NCBI GenBank assembly: GCA_043228905.1
Contig: JBHGNT010000008.1
Location: 9,238,001-9,302,000 of the forward strand
Source of the DNA: Azolla caroliniana
Taxonomy: Eukaryota; Plantae; Polypodiophyta
DNA length: 64,000 nucleotides
Direction of reading: 5' to 3'
Part shown: in pieces, positions 28,101 through 40,977 of the stretch
Layout of the letters: each line of letters opens with the position of its first letter
Position numbering within the stretch: the stretch's first letter is position 1
Notes under the pieces: generated by a model
Told to the model about the DNA's origin: nothing
What the model saw: the letters and a program-made list of their open reading frames with translations, nothing else
Databases searched by the model: none
Program-made: the position numbers and the translations under genes

Positions 28101-30256
28101 TAGTTGATGGAGTGAAATGGTCGAAACTTGGTGAGTTGATTCTTGGGGTGGTCGATATCAGACTTCTCTTGTTCTCCAATCTATGGCTGGATTATGTAAT
28201 TCAAACCAAGGTAATCCTAGGACAATGGGATGCTCTGGACTACTAATTATATTAAATGATATTACACACACAAAACTACCTAGGACAACTTGAATGGGTT
28301 CTGATTCTTCTACAATATTCCCGGAAGCAATGGGACGACCATCAATGACCACTATAGATGCGGGACAAGGAAGTTTTCTTAAGGATATCTGAGAAGCTTG
28401 GGCAAAATTTCGATTCATGAAACAGGAATTAGCTTCGGAATCTAAAAGTGTTAGGACGGGTACTGGGGGAGTACTTTTAGTACTAACAATGACTTGGGCT
28501 AGGAACACATTGCTAACTTGCTTGGAAGGAATGGAACCACTAATGGGCGGTACAGATCTAGGGCTGCTATCCAACCAAACGGCTCCTATGTTGGCTGGAC
28601 TCAATCGTTTAACTCTTCATCTAATTGACTAAGGATTTCAAATTTATTTGAGATACTTGGGCTATTAGTACTATGAATACTATCAAACACTCTATTAGTA
28701 CTATTAATATTATCAGACACTCCTAACGGAAGAATTGACTCGGGTTTAGTACAGGCTACAATTTGATTTACCTGTCTTCTTGGCCTATGGGGATAATTGA
28801 TTGCGATATGCCCTGGTCCACCGCAATAAAGACATAATCGATTTGCACGTCGTCGTTGCTTTTCTTCTTCCGATAACGGGCCGCGTCGACGCATGGTATC
28901 GATCTCCATCGGTGTCCAAGTATTTGCTTGAGGTATGTCTCGTGCAAATGGTCTAGCCGCGACTGCAGCGTAAGTGGGCTCCGGCCTAGCGCGTGGTATC
29001 TGTAATTGATGTTCCGAACGCCGTTCAAAGAGGCGGTTGTCACATCGGACCGCTCGACTGATTGCCTCCGTAAGAGACTTTGGTTCTTCGGGGAAGGTTA
29101 GAAGTAGATCTTTGACATCATTTCGCAGGCCATAGCGAAACTGCTCCATTAGTGCTTGATCATCCCAGGGTATGTCGGAAGCGAGTAGGCGGAAGTCCGT
29201 GGCATAGGCAGAGGCTGGACGATTGCCTTGACGCAATCGCCGGATCTTGTTGATCGCCGTCCTGATGCTGTCGGTGTCTCCAAAGCAGGCTTTGAACTCA
29301 CTAATAAAATCTTCAAAGTTATTAAGCAAGGGCGATTGTTTTTCTAGAAGCGGAGCGAACCATGCTAAGGCTGAGCCGCTAAGCAACATGCCTATTAAGC
29401 CGACTCGGGATGCATCAATGGGATATCGGGAAGGATGCATTTGGAGGACTAATCGTACCTGATTAAGGAATCCCCTGAATTGCGATCACGATCCATCAAA
29501 TTTCATAGGAAGTCCAATCTTCGGCTCTTTATGAAATCCTTGGGGACTTGATCCTTGTTGTTGCAATGCCGCTTCGAGTTGTTGCACCCGTAACGCTAAC
29601 TCCCCATGGTGTTGCTGCGTTTGTTGCTTTTCTAGAGCGATTTGTTGCAGATCCCCTATCAGCCGTTGGCTTTCTTGTTCCAGGGCAACAAACTTTTTTT
29701 TTAGGCACTGTAACTCGGAGAAAACAGATTGATATTCTTGGGCGCTAACAGTAGCCATAGTAGAGGGAAAAGGGTAGGAGGATAAGGGAGAACGACAAGT
29801 AGGCTAGAGGAAAGAGGAAAATTGGTTAAAACTGTCAGGAATAGTACTAAAACAGAGATGGAATTAGTACTAAGAAGAGTAGTACTATTAGTACTAAGAG
29901 GACGGGACTGCGTAATATTCCTGAGAGAGAGGAAGTGAGAAGAGGAGAGAGAGAGATAAGATGATGACAACAGCTCTTATATTATATGAAAGATAAGTAC
30001 AAATCGGCTAAGAGGCTTAAGATTGGTGTTGAACCAATTTGGTTGAACATAATGCCTAGTGCCCTCTTTTATAGTGTTATCAGGAATAATCCTGAAGCTT
30101 ATAGAATGTTCCAGAGAGATCTGGAATATACATCAATTTTCTATGATAAAACATAAATGAAAATAATATCCTACGTATTACAATTCATAGTCTAATGGTA
30201 AGAGCTCGACCCATGTAGCATAAGGTCATGGGTTGGAGTCTTGCCATATCATGACG
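25133..30256 (-). mobile_element. Ty3/gypsy B1 (Tcn1/PEG10-like chromovirus type), 3' end of integrase to part of the 3' LTR deleted
   Basis: 5' LTR 29833-30256; partial 3' LTR 25133-~25400. Gag 29758-28601 (PKIGLPMKFDG, LSGSALAW, LCLYCGGPGH); pol 28604-25400 (LLDS, YLDDLLIYS, EADASD, SDRGPQF, GPF). TSD not clean. Confidence 0.9.
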
Positions 30257-31345
30257 TAGTTGCGCCCCTGTATTCCGCCTCCGTACTCGAAAGAGCGACG
30301 ATAGTCTGCTTTTTGCTACTCCAGGATATTGCTCCACTACCGAGGGAGAAAACAAATCCGGAGGTTGATCTTCTATCAGCTTTGTAGCCGGCCCAATCGA
30401 CGTCTGTGTACCCCTCGAGTCGTATTGGCATTGCGGTCTTTTGGAGGATGCCGCAATCCATTATGCCGCTGACGTAGCGTAGAACTGAGAATGCCAGTCA
30501 AAGTGAGTATCCAAGTGAGTATCACGCGGTGTTTGCATGAATTGGCTAAGGAGACCGACCGGATAACTGAGATTGGGTCGTGTGATCGTGAGGTAGATGA
30601 GACTTCGGATGAGTTGCCGATACTGAGTCGGCTCACACGCTTTTGTGCCAGAGTTCGCATCTAGTTTGAGATTACGATCGAGTAGGGTTGCCACGGATTT
30701 GCACTCAACCATCCCGAACTTGTATAACAAGTTGAGGATGTAGTGCCGTTGAGAGATCATGATTCCGGCCGGAGTCCGAATTACCTCGATGCCGAGGAAG
30801 TGGTGGAGCTCCTTCATGTCCGTCATCTCGAACTTGTCGAAAAGGAGGGATTATTGATTTCAACGAGATGCTCACTTCCAATGACTAGGTCATCCACATA
30901 TAAAATGATGACGATCGGACTTGCGGAATCGCGTCGTATGTAGAGGGAGTTGTCCGATTTTGACATACAAAAGCCAATTTGATGAAGATATTGCGTTATC
31001 TTCGAATGCCAAGCACGCGGTGCTTGCTTGAGACTATAGAGTGGCTTCTTGAGTTGGTAAACAACTTTTGGATGGTTGCTCGAGTTGAAGCTGGGTGGTT
31101 GGATCATGTACACCTCCTCTTCGAATTCGCCTTGTAGAAAGTTGTTCTTGACGTCCATTTGATGGAGGTGCCACCCTTTCACCGCGGCAATCGCAATTAC
31201 GGTCCACACTGTCGTCATCTTTGCCACCGGGGCAAAGGTCTCTTCGTAGTCGATGCCATGCGTCTGAGCATTGTCGTGAAGAAAACCGGCCATAGGAGGA
31301 ATCGGAGAAAGAGGTGCATGAACAGACTCTTACACAGATGGACGC

Positions 31346-33366
31346 GTGAACGTAATCTTCCCGTCGTTGGTGATACCCGGGGGAGTGATCCCGGTTGTGA
31401 TGCTCGTACCGTCCATTGTATTCTCGGTACTTGTCGTATTTCTTGTACCGGTCGTAGTTGTCTCGCCGGTTGTCGTACCGGACATCTTGTGCCGGTCGAT
31501 ATCGCTCCTCTCGTCGCCAGCGTTCATCTTCTTCATCTCGGCTGCTACGTGGCTCGATTTGCCGGACTAGTGGAGCTTGCCGATTCAAAAAGTTATATTT
31601 GCACTGGTCCATCATGTGGTTCGTAGATTGGCAGAGTAAGCAGTGCGTCCGCATGGTGCACTCCAGTGACAAGTGTCCGGAATTCAAGCAAGTCGTGCAT
31701 TGGATTGCTTGCCGGAAACGGAGATCCTCATCGGTTGGTAATGCTCGTTGGAGGGCTCCCATTGTTAGCCAAGAGCTCGTTTTCTCCATTTCTCGAACCC
31801 GGTCGATGACTTGGTCGACGGTGCTTGTGCGAAAGTCAATGACCGTGCATACCGTTCGTAGAGGTTCCTGGAGCGCGGCTAAAAATATAGCCCGTGTTTC
31901 TTCCTCCGGAGGTGCACGGGTAAGCTGGCTGTGCATCCGTTGAAACCGGATGACAAATTGTGGGATGCTCTCGCCGGGGTCCTGCTGAATTGTGTAAAAT
32001 AAGCCCACCATTTCTCGCTGATCCACCTCCTTCTAGAAGAAGTGCAAGAATTTGTCTTTCAGGTCCGCAAAGGTGGTGATGGTGCTGCGATCCTGTGTTC
32101 GGTTCCATCTGGCGGCCAGTCCTTCTAATGTCACGCCAAATTTGGCTATCTTAGATCGTTCCTCTTCTGCCATGGTTAACCGTTGTGACACATGGTTTGC
32201 TTCCCATGTTTGTTCAAATGCGTGAACATGAGCCTCCGCGTCCGGGTCATCCCGATACTTGGAGTATTGGAACGGCATATCGTCGTCCGGTGTCGGTACG
32301 CGGGCTGGCGGTGTCGGTGGTCTTTCCTGCTGTTCCGCCGGCGTCTGAGGTCTTTGCTGGTTTTCCTTTGGTGTTGCCGGCTCGACTTCCGGTGTTGGAG
32401 GTTTTTGCCGGTGTACTTCTGTCTCCGGAGGTTGCTCCATGACGAGTGCAGGAGGTTCTTGGTCTGCCAACTCTGGTTCCGGTGTCGGTAAAGTATCCGA
32501 CTCCTCGTCCTCCGGTCCTCCTGGGGTGTCATTACTACTACGATAGTTTGTATGCGCACTGTAACCCCCTTCCGAATTTGATTCCAATGCTGAGAATGCT
32601 TCGGATTCGCCTTCTCTTCCGGCCAAGGCCTGGAGAAGGGTTTCCGCTTCCCGGAGGCTGCTTAAGCTGCTTCCTTCGTCTGAGTAAGCGTTTTGTTGCA
32701 GACGGAGCGACTCCTCCGCCACTTTCTGGATCACTTTGGAAAATGATCGATCCGTTCGGATTTCTTCCGCTGCTTGCTAAAAAGCCTCTCGCCGCCGTCT
32801 CCGTTCGGCAAGTCTTCGTGCTCTCTCTGTAACCGGGTCGTCTATTGGCCTAGTCATCCATTCCTGCCGCTGTTCACTGCGATAATGCAGGAATCGTGGT
32901 CGCCAAAAACTGTGTTATTGCTAGGGCCGGACAACAGCCTAACACAGGGTGTCCACTCAAGACAGTCACCAAAGGGTGGTACGACAGAATGACCAACGAC
33001 ACAACGCTTAATTAGACCTTAATCGATTACTTAGCCATCCATAATTAACACGCGTAAGATATGACAATAATTACAGAACGGTAATCAACACTTGAAGATT
33101 AAGACCATAAGCTTTATTAATTATCCGCTCTTGATTACATTGTAACAGGGCCTTTATATAGGTTTCCGGTGCGAAATACAAAACGGTGCCAACCGACACC
33201 TTTACGGTATCGTTCCGGATCCGGATCGGCATACCGATTCCGGTCCGTCCGTCCACATAATAATATGTATATATTAAGACTACTAATTCCAACAGTTGCC
33301 GAATAACTATTCCTTTCACACTCTGGTTTGGACCTCCTTTAGCCTTCTTTGCCGGCCGGTAACACA
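31346..33366 (-). mobile_element. 5' part of a Tat/Athila-like gypsy (LTR, Arg-type PBS, degenerate gag)
   Basis: LTR 32911-33366 with terminal IR tgtgtta/taacaca; minus-strand PBS tggcgaccacg at 32905-32895; Retrotrans-gag-like ORFs 32734-32033 and 32026-31346 with knuckles CTTCLNSGHLSLEC and CLLCQSTNHMMDQC. Confidence 0.8.
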
Positions 33367-33984
33367 CAACAGTGAGGGAGCTGAATTACGCCTGTTGAGT
33401 AGACAAGTCGACCAAGGAAGTCGACGTGCGTAGGAACAGAAGGGTCGCGGCAAACGGGACCGGACCAGATGAGGAGCGTGAGCGAGGCAGAGTGACGCCA
33501 GAAGGAGCCAGTTGGAAGGACCGGCTGCCATAGAGACTGACACTACGATCTGACCTCAAGTTGAGCTTGAGGGGGAGTGTTTAGCGGCAAGCTCAACTGG
33601 ATCCGGATCGGCTGAATAAGCCTAAGCCGGATCGGCATCCCGAAGGATGAGCCGGATCGGTGAGCCGGTGAGCAAGTGAGCCGGTGAGCTGGGGAGCCGG
33701 TTACCTGGATCAAGCAGTAACCGGAAGCCAAGTAGCAGCTAGTCTACTAGGGAGTTAATATCTCGTAGTTAGTGTTAGACACTCGTGTGAGCATTGAAGT
33801 ACACCGTACTTCTGTCAGTCCGGATGGACTTGTATAAAAGTGTTCACTGAACACATACGATGTACAGACTGAGTAGTATTTTTGAATTGAGTTTCTGTGT
33901 GCTCTCTCTCTGTCTCTCCCGCGTACTATTAAGCTCTCCATTAAACCTATTTTCTATTGCTTCTACACGCTATTTGTTTTTACA
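33367..33984 (+). mobile_element. 3' end of another copia (3' UTR, PPT, LTR 33578-33984)
   Basis: gagcttgagggggag then TGTTTAGCGG...TTTTACA; LTR similar to 18159-18592. Confidence 0.75.
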
Positions 33985-34873
33985 CATGTTAAGACCAACG
34001 ACGATCAAGAGCAATGCTTGACGTCAATTTTTTCGATAGAGCCATTAAACTTAGATAAAACAAGATATATTAAAGTAGATACAACTCCTGTCGAGTCTAG
34101 TTCATCGAATGCTAATGAGGACTATGTCAATAATCCTCTAAATTTTCAAAGAGTTCCACAACAAGTGAGTGTTAAACGATATAATTTTTTGTGTTTAGAT
34201 CGACAAATTTCAATTGACATATGCAAGGTATGTTGTGGGAGCCTTTGTCTATCAGAATTTGGAAAGCCAAACTTGTGGGGGTTGCGACAAAAGTATTTGT
34301 CTCTCAATGGCGAAGAACAAGATGCATTCTTGATTGCCAATATGCAACTTGTTAAGGACCATCAGGTAGTGTCGTGTTCTCATCAAGTGGAATATTACCT
34401 TTCACTTACTACGAAGAATTGTCGAGATGCTTTTAAAATTTCTTATAGCATCAGGAACATGAGGCTACAGAGAATTCAACATCGATTACTGAAGGGGTGG
34501 TGGGTGTCGTTCAACAATAGAGAATCTTCATGTAAGGGCCTGATTGGGCGACATGTTGTTAGATGGATGGAGAATTATTTCTCGAATCAATGTGATGTTA
34601 TGCCCACCACTGGAAGGTTACATTTGTCAGATAACTTCACTCGTCGTGAGGTATACCAAGCCTATAAGGATGACATGTTATTGGAAAGTGTACCTTATAT
34701 ACAATATCAACATTTTAATCATTTATGGAGATCGAAGTTTAACAATGTGGTCATACCCCGCAAGGTCCGGATGGGTGTTTGTTCGATCTGCACGAGTTTA
34801 AAATGCTTGGCAAAGAGTGGGAGAACAGATGAAGAAATAACAAAATATAAGACTTTATTGAGAGAGCATTGAG

Positions 34874-35366
34874 TAGCAATGGGCATGGTTTCGGCTCAAA
34901 CCGAACTGAACCGTTAAGCCATGGCTTAACGATTTATTGGTTCAAAGATAAGTAAACCGTTTGGTTTGGTTTCAAATATTATGATCTAGTTTGGTTTCGG
35001 TTCGGTTCGGTTTGGAATTTCATGGTTTAGCGGTTTAGCGGCTTTTCAGTTTCGATTCGATTCGATTTTGAATTTCACGGTTTAACAGTTTAACGGTTTT
35101 GGCTTATGTGGTTTGGTTTTAAGGTTTTAAGGTTTAAATGTTTTGAAGGTTTAAGGGTTTATAGGTTTGGTTTGGTTTTGATTTATGATAAACCGATTTG
35201 GTTTGTTTCTAAATTTTTCATAAACGATTTGGTTTAAACGGTTCGGTTTAAATGGCTTCATAAAATTTAAACAATTTGGTTTGTTTTTTAATATAAATAA
35301 ATGGTTTGGTTTGGTTTCATGGCCAAGAAACCAAACCGAACCGAAACTGAACCGCGCCCATTGCTA
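34874..35366. mobile_element. hAT-type MITE (493 bp)
   Basis: TIR tagcaatgggc...gcccattgcta; 8-bp TSD gcattgag/gcatcgag; internal ggttt/aaccg repeats. Removing it restores the transposase frame. Confidence 0.9.
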
Positions 35367-36659
35367 GCATCGAGAAAGCTAAGTGTTGGAAAGATCTAAA
35401 GCTATGCACCATCATCAAAAGTGCTTCAATCGCCAGAAAGATATATGTGCTTGATTATACATGGGATGGATAAAAAGAAAACTTGTTTGCCACATTTTCG
35501 AAGATTGCCCAAGGATATTGGAGATGAATGCCTAGTGCAGATACACTTAGTAGGATGTCTTTTGTATTGGCAGATAATAAGGCCTCAAGTGTTCTTAACT
35601 TATCCAAATATCCACAACGACCCTAATCTTATAGTTATAGTCATGCAAAGAGTTCTTATGAAGTATATGATTTCAAGTGCTTCTGTTTGGATGGTGATGG
35701 GATGTTAAGGATCTATGTATCGATGGAGTAAGCTCCTCGATGTCGTGGCGGGATTCGGACCGTCGTATACCCTCTTGATGGCGAATCGAGCGGAGATGGT
35801 TGTCGGATACCTCCGAGCCTCACACTCACTCAACGATTAGTAAATGATTAAGCACAATATCTCTCTCTCTCTCAAGCTCTCTCTCATAGACAATAGATTA
35901 ATAGATATAGACAATAAGAAGAAAGAGTATGTCTATTATTAACCCTCTTTGCTAAGAGGTCTAGCACCAACAAGGAGAGAGATTAGTGTTCTCTAACTCA
36001 ACACTTCACTAATCTCTCTTAAGCTCAAAGGTTACAAGAAGGAGGAGAGGAAGCTCTAGCTCTAATCAATAGGAGATCTTTACAAATGGGAGAACCCCCA
36101 CAAAGCCACTACTATGTGGTTTATATAGCTTTCACGTTTAGGGCATGGGCCTTTCACACTCCGATGTCCTTTAGCCCTCTTTCCTCTTGTCATTCCCTCT
36201 TCGTAGGTACTTTAACCATACTGTGTCCTTGTTGATGCGCTCTTCTTCACAACTAGTTGTGGTGTTATCCAAGGGCTTGACATCCCCCCAGACCTAATGA
36301 GTGCACACTCCCGGGTGCACTATGGGAGGGGAGTTTCGAGTGGTAGTTCTATGGGGCATTCAGACTCTTAGTTGCCAAGTCCGGTCGGGGCCTATGGCCT
36401 TAACCTGGGCGGGGTATTTGGTCGATGTGCGCAGTTGTCGAGTGTCCCGTGCAGTTGTGGTATAGTCGTAGGTGGGAAGTCGGCTTCGTTTCGGGACCCA
36501 GAAGCTAGTGGCATCTTTGTGCCAACCTTGGGTGTTTGTGAGTGCTTTTCTGACTCGCCAAATAGCACGTTCTCCGCGGCGTGGTCCTTCGGTGAAAGTT
36601 GCGTGGACGTTCACCCATTTGCGTGGCGGAGATGTCTTTGTTCCGATGTTAGCGTTTCT

Positions 36660-39600
36660 CTAGCTGTGGGTGGCCGGTGGTTCTGTATGTTCTTTTTGGT
36701 TGGGTGGGTTCGTGCTCTCAAGTTTGTCGACATCGGTGGGGCGTGATTCGAGAGTTGTTGTAACAAGTTTCTCGGACCTCACACCATTTGCAGTTTGGAA
36801 GGAGACGATGTTCTTGCTTGGCGACAGGAGACATTTGCTTATGTGACACCAATCCAAACCGAGGAGGCATGGGGTGTACAACACTTTTGGTGGGAGAACC
36901 CAAACGCAAATTGAGTGGTCACTATATTTTGTCTTGATGTTACACACGAAGGTTCCGAGGGAGGGCGATGTAGAACAATCGAAGCCAAGGAATTTATCGT
37001 TGCATACTTCGAGGTTTGGGGAACCTAGATGTTCCCACGTTTCGAAGGAGAAAAGGGTTAGTGATGCTCCAGTGTCGATCACCGCTGTTAGAGGTACACT
37101 GTCGGCGAAGCATGGTAGGTGTGTCGTCACATCAATAGAGGTGCGTTGTGGTCTCTTACAAGCCACCGCCCTACTCCCTTGTTCATAGAGGTTGAATTGT
37201 TCCGGGAAGTCCACCTCTGTCGAGGTCTGCCGAGTGGTCGCATCCTCTTCCTTGCGTGTGATTCGTTGCACTAGGCCTGCGTCTCTTACGTCTGCCTGTT
37301 TTCGTCGGGTTACGACAGTGGTGACATTAAAACACGAGATCGTGTCTCCATCCTCATCGCGACACTTTGTACCAATAGGGTACATTGCATCGGTCGTGGC
37401 GAGGGCGTGCACCCAATTCATCTCTGACGCATCAGAGGCTACGGATTGATCCTCTCTTTCTCCTGCGTTCTCCGCCTTAGAATTAGTGGATTTTTGAGGA
37501 AACGGTTGACCGCTAGCCATGATTTGGCGTGTCTTTGTAGGGTTACACACTAGGAGGTTAGTCTCGAACTCAGTGGTTTCTGACCAGTTGTCCACGAGAG
37601 GGCTGCCTTCTTGTTTGTGCACCTTTTGTGTGTATGCTTTGATGCGGAAGGTTTTGTTGTTTCTGCACATGTAGATTGTATCATTCCCAAAATCCATGAC
37701 GAGGCGGCTTACACGTAGGAATGGTCTCCCTAGTAAACACTCGTAAGCCACCTGATTGGATGATCTTGTGACGACAAAGGTGAGATTGAACTCGACCCCG
37801 TGGATAGTGAAGTGGTGTGCAAGGATCATGCCTTCTGGCTGTTGGATAGACCCATCTGCCATTCGGAGTTTGATGTCCAAAGGAAACATTTTTGGGCTCC
37901 TCCACTTACACCAACCTTTGTAGCTGACTATGCTTACCCCCGCTCCAGTGTCGATGATCGTGTCACACGTCATGCCATTGACGCAAACGGGGAGAGTGAA
38001 ACTAGTGTCGTCGCTCTCGAAGTGAGCTTCACATATATCGACCGGCGTTCCTTGGGGTTGTTTGGAGACTGTGGTCGTATGAGGGATGAGTGTGTCTATC
38101 TTTTCTCCATAACCCACTGACAGGCCTCCATTGAGGCGCCGATGGACGTCGTGCCATGGTTGGATGTCAAGTTGGAGCAGCTCTTCAAGTGTGAACTCTA
38201 TTTCCTTGGCGAGTATAGGTTGTAGTTGGGGGTTGTCAGTCACGAAGGTGCCGGTGTAGCTCTGTACTTCGCGCAATGTGAGTCGTAATTTCAAATTTAA
38301 TATTTGTTGGAGCAAGACTGTGTTGACTTCTTTGATTGGGGTAGATTGGGAGATGGGAGTGTCGGTTGGTGTTACGACGAGGGAGGGTGTACCCGTGTGT
38401 TGGGGTGCAGGATTTACCCATTCTTCGAGTTGGTCGAAGTTCAGGCTCGGAAGACTAAGCGATCTTTCGCACTGTTCGTGTCGGATGAGTTTGATGTACT
38501 CTTCGACCTTTTGTTTTTTAGCTACTGGGTTTGGGTATGCTGCTAGGTGTGCCGGCAGCTCTTGGTTAGGGTTGACGGGTATTGTTTCTACGTCTCCCTC
38601 CAGTTCTTGTTCTTGCTTTGAGGCCTGCGTGGATGCATTTTTTTTGGATTTTCGTCTCTTACGCGCAGTCGTGTGGAGGCCTTGGTTGTGACACTTTAAG
38701 TTATGAGCTATTCTTTGAGCTTGGGTGATGACGTTGGCGCCAACCGTTGATGGTACGATAGATAACAAGTTTGCGCCAGTCCTTTTCTTTTTTTCTGGGC
38801 AATCGGGTACTAATTGATCTTTACCACACCCTAGGCATGATGCTTCTCTTTGGAACCACTCGATAACGTCTTGTGACTGTTGAGTGAGACTTTGCACTGG
38901 TGGTTGTGGGGTTGTTTCGAGTGAGGGGTGTCGTGGTTGTTGTGCTATCGGGTTGTAGTATTCATGTTTGGTTGGGCACTCGCTAACCATGTGTGGGCCT
39001 TGGCAATTGAAACATTTCAATTTTGGCCTCCTTAGACCACTATAGATGCGATATCCCGTCGACAACCCTTGTTGTTCTCCTCTCAAGACGTAGACCGGTA
39101 TTTGGTCACCTTCGAAGTCAACAAAGTGGGAAAGCAACTCTTCTTCAACACCATACCCCTGGTATGCTTCATATTCGGGGGTGCCCCCCCCAACTTGAGT
39201 TTGGTTATCGGTGGTATATTCTAGTTCAGCGAGGCGAGTGCCGATACGCAGTAGTGGGGGTTGTTGGGGAAGTATTACTGGTAGTTGTGGGCGGCTTAAC
39301 GGTGGAGGTGAGCGTGGGTGCTCTACCATTGGTGTTTGGCTATACCTTCCATTTGGGGCTTGCCAACAGTTCTCTTGAGAATGCATCACGAAAGCTTTGC
39401 ACAACTTACAATATTGCGGCCGTCGTTGGTGGAGGAGGAGGCACTCATGCCCCGTGTGATGGCCATGGCATACTGTACACCTTACATTTTCTCTTTGGGC
39501 GTATGCTTGGGGTCTTTCTATACGGGGTGGTCTCGGTGGCATCGGTAGAGTAGGGTCCGAGGGCTTCTCACGGTTGTTCGTAGGCGCTTGAGTGGTTATC

Positions 39601-39959
39601 CGTAACCCGCTCATTGAATCCTCGAAGGTCATCACTACCGTGCAAGCTTCAGTGAACGACCGACACATCTTGGCAATCAGGAAGTTTTGCAGCGTCGGAT
39701 CGAACAACCCATTGATGAAGCGGCTCATCAATTTGTCATCTGACATCTTGTCGCTCGGGCTACAAGGATGGTGTAGGCTTTTCGTGCGGCATATGTAGTC
39801 CCTAACCGTCTCGTTTGCTTCTTGCTTGAGGACGAAAAGTTGGTCGATTGGGTTCCATTTATTCCCTCGACGAGTGAAGTTTATCAAGAAATCTTCGATG
39901 ACGTACCCGAAGTCCGCGACGATGTCTTCATTCAAGGTAGCGTCCCCGGAGTTAGCCAC
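36660..39959 (-). CDS. Gag / multi-Zn-knuckle / twin retropepsin polyprotein (1099-codon open frame)
   Basis: LKQEANETVRDY gag motif; knuckles CTVCHGHHTGHEC, CKLC...HSQENC, CFNCQGPHMVSEC and degenerate CLGCGKDQLVPDC; IIDTGA...LLGRPFL and VIDTGA...LLGLDW. No ATG at the frame start, so the 5' end may be frameshifted. Confidence 0.75.
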   Translation of the reverse strand: MANSGDATLNEDIVADFGYVIEDFLINFTRRGNKWNPIDQLFVLKQEANETVRDYICRTKSLHHPCSPSDKMSDDKLMSRFINGLFDPTLQNFLIAKMCRSFTEACTVVMTFEDSMSGLRITTQAPTNNREKPSDPTLPMPPRPPRIERPQAYAQRENVRCTVCHGHHTGHECLLLHQRRPQYCKLCKAFVMHSQENCWQAPNGRYSQTPMVEHPRSPPPLSRPQLPVILPQQPPLLRIGTRLAELEYTTDNQTQVGGGTPEYEAYQGYGVEEELLSHFVDFEGDQIPVYVLRGEQQGLSTGYRIYSGLRRPKLKCFNCQGPHMVSECPTKHEYYNPIAQQPRHPSLETTPQPPVQSLTQQSQDVIEWFQREASCLGCGKDQLVPDCPEKKKRTGANLLSIVPSTVGANVITQAQRIAHNLKCHNQGLHTTARKRRKSKKNASTQASKQEQELEGDVETIPVNPNQELPAHLAAYPNPVAKKQKVEEYIKLIRHEQCERSLSLPSLNFDQLEEWVNPAPQHTGTPSLVVTPTDTPISQSTPIKEVNTVLLQQILNLKLRLTLREVQSYTGTFVTDNPQLQPILAKEIEFTLEELLQLDIQPWHDVHRRLNGGLSVGYGEKIDTLIPHTTTVSKQPQGTPVDICEAHFESDDTSFTLPVCVNGMTCDTIIDTGAGVSIVSYKGWCKWRSPKMFPLDIKLRMADGSIQQPEGMILAHHFTIHGVEFNLTFVVTRSSNQVAYECLLGRPFLRVSRLVMDFGNDTIYMCRNNKTFRIKAYTQKVHKQEGSPLVDNWSETTEFETNLLVCNPTKTRQIMASGQPFPQKSTNSKAENAGEREDQSVASDASEMNWVHALATTDAMYPIGTKCRDEDGDTISCFNVTTVVTRRKQADVRDAGLVQRITRKEEDATTRQTSTEVDFPEQFNLYEQGSRAVACKRPQRTSIDVTTHLPCFADSVPLTAVIDTGASLTLFSFETWEHLGSPNLEVCNDKFLGFDCSTSPSLGTFVCNIKTKYSDHSICVWVLPPKVLYTPCLLGLDWCHISKCLLSPSKNIVSFQTANGVRSEKLVTTTLESRPTDVDKLESTNPPNQKEHTEPPATHS

Positions 39960-40113
39960 CCTCCGTGGTACCGAGTCGGGTTAGGTGGGTCAGCATCGTG
40001 TGTTTGGTTGGTTTGGGTGGATTCCTCATGGTGTCCATGAGGATCCGGCCATGTTTTCTTGTCAAGCTTTTGTAGGTTCGTCGAACTTTAAATCTTTCGT
40101 TGAACTTTGAATC

Positions 40114-40750
40114 TTTCGTCGAATGATGAACCTTCGTCGAATGATGAGGGTTCGTCGAAGGATGAACCTTCGTCGAATGATGAAGGTTCGTCGAATGATC
40201 AACCTTCGTCGACGGATGAACCTTCGTCGAATGATGAGGGTTCGTCAAAGGATGAACCTTCGTCGAATGATGAACCTTCGTCGAATGATGAACCTTCGTC
40301 GAATGATGAGGGTTCGTCGAATGATCAACCTTCGTCAAATGATGTGAACCTTCGTCGAATGATCAACCTTCGTCGAATGATGTGAACCTTCGTCGAATGA
40401 TGAAGGTTCGTCGAAGGATGAACCTTCGGCGAATGATGAGGTTTCGTTGAATGACGAACCTTCATCGAATGATGTGAACCTTCGTCGAATGATGAAGGTT
40501 CATCGAAGGATGAACCTTCGTCGAATGATGTGAACCTTTGTCGAAGGATGAACCTTCGTCGAATGATGAAGGTTCGTCGAAGGATGAACCTTCATCGAAT
40601 GGTGTGAACCTTCGTCGAATGATGAAGGTTTGTCGGAGGATGAACCTTCGTCAAATGATGAAGGTTCGTCGGAGGATGAACCTTCGTCGAATGATCAACC
40701 TTCGTCGAAGGATCAACCTTCGTCGAAGGATCAACCTTCATCGAAGGATG
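40114..40750. repeat. ~18-bp CG-rich minisatellite (gaaccttcgtcgaatgat and variants)
   Basis: About 35 units with cc/gg variant units; lies in the leader of the LTR element. Confidence 0.93.
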
Positions 40751-40977
40751 CTTCTCTTATCGAATTCTATTCTTTCGACGAACTTTGCGTGGGAAATTTG
40801 AATTTTTTTGGCACCAACGATCGTTTCGTGTCCCGTGGGATGATCGTAATCCACGAGAATCGCGGTGATTATGCTTGCCCTTTAACGGCTCAATCTCCAC
40901 AATGTTTAGTGTTAACCGAACGAATAGCTTGTTGATGTCCGAGCGATTAAGAGGGGGTAGTTCAAAACTTCTTTTAC

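Larger units (their letters stand above)
18600..31271 (-). mobile_element. Host Ty1/copia 3' half (RT-RNase H-PPT-3' LTR), interrupted by copia A and gypsy B1
   Basis: 3' LTR 18600-19026 after PPT gagggggcg. RNase H pieces at 19257-19492 (PVFHARTKHIEVHYHFIRE...ADIFTKAL) and 25019-25132 (ACEVVWLKRIL...YCDNMS). RT/RH at 30257-31271 (GIDYEETFAPVAK, YVDDLVI, RRSTSGFVF). Confidence 0.85.

Noticed and set aside
18159-33984. LTRs at 18159-18592 and 33578-33984 as two ends of one element
   Set aside because: They are the same family and strand but visibly too divergent, and no matching TSD was seen.
40107-40935. ORFs with DEPSSN / MNLRRM / HSTKV repeats as real proteins
   Set aside because: They are translations of the minisatellite, open in several frames on both strands.
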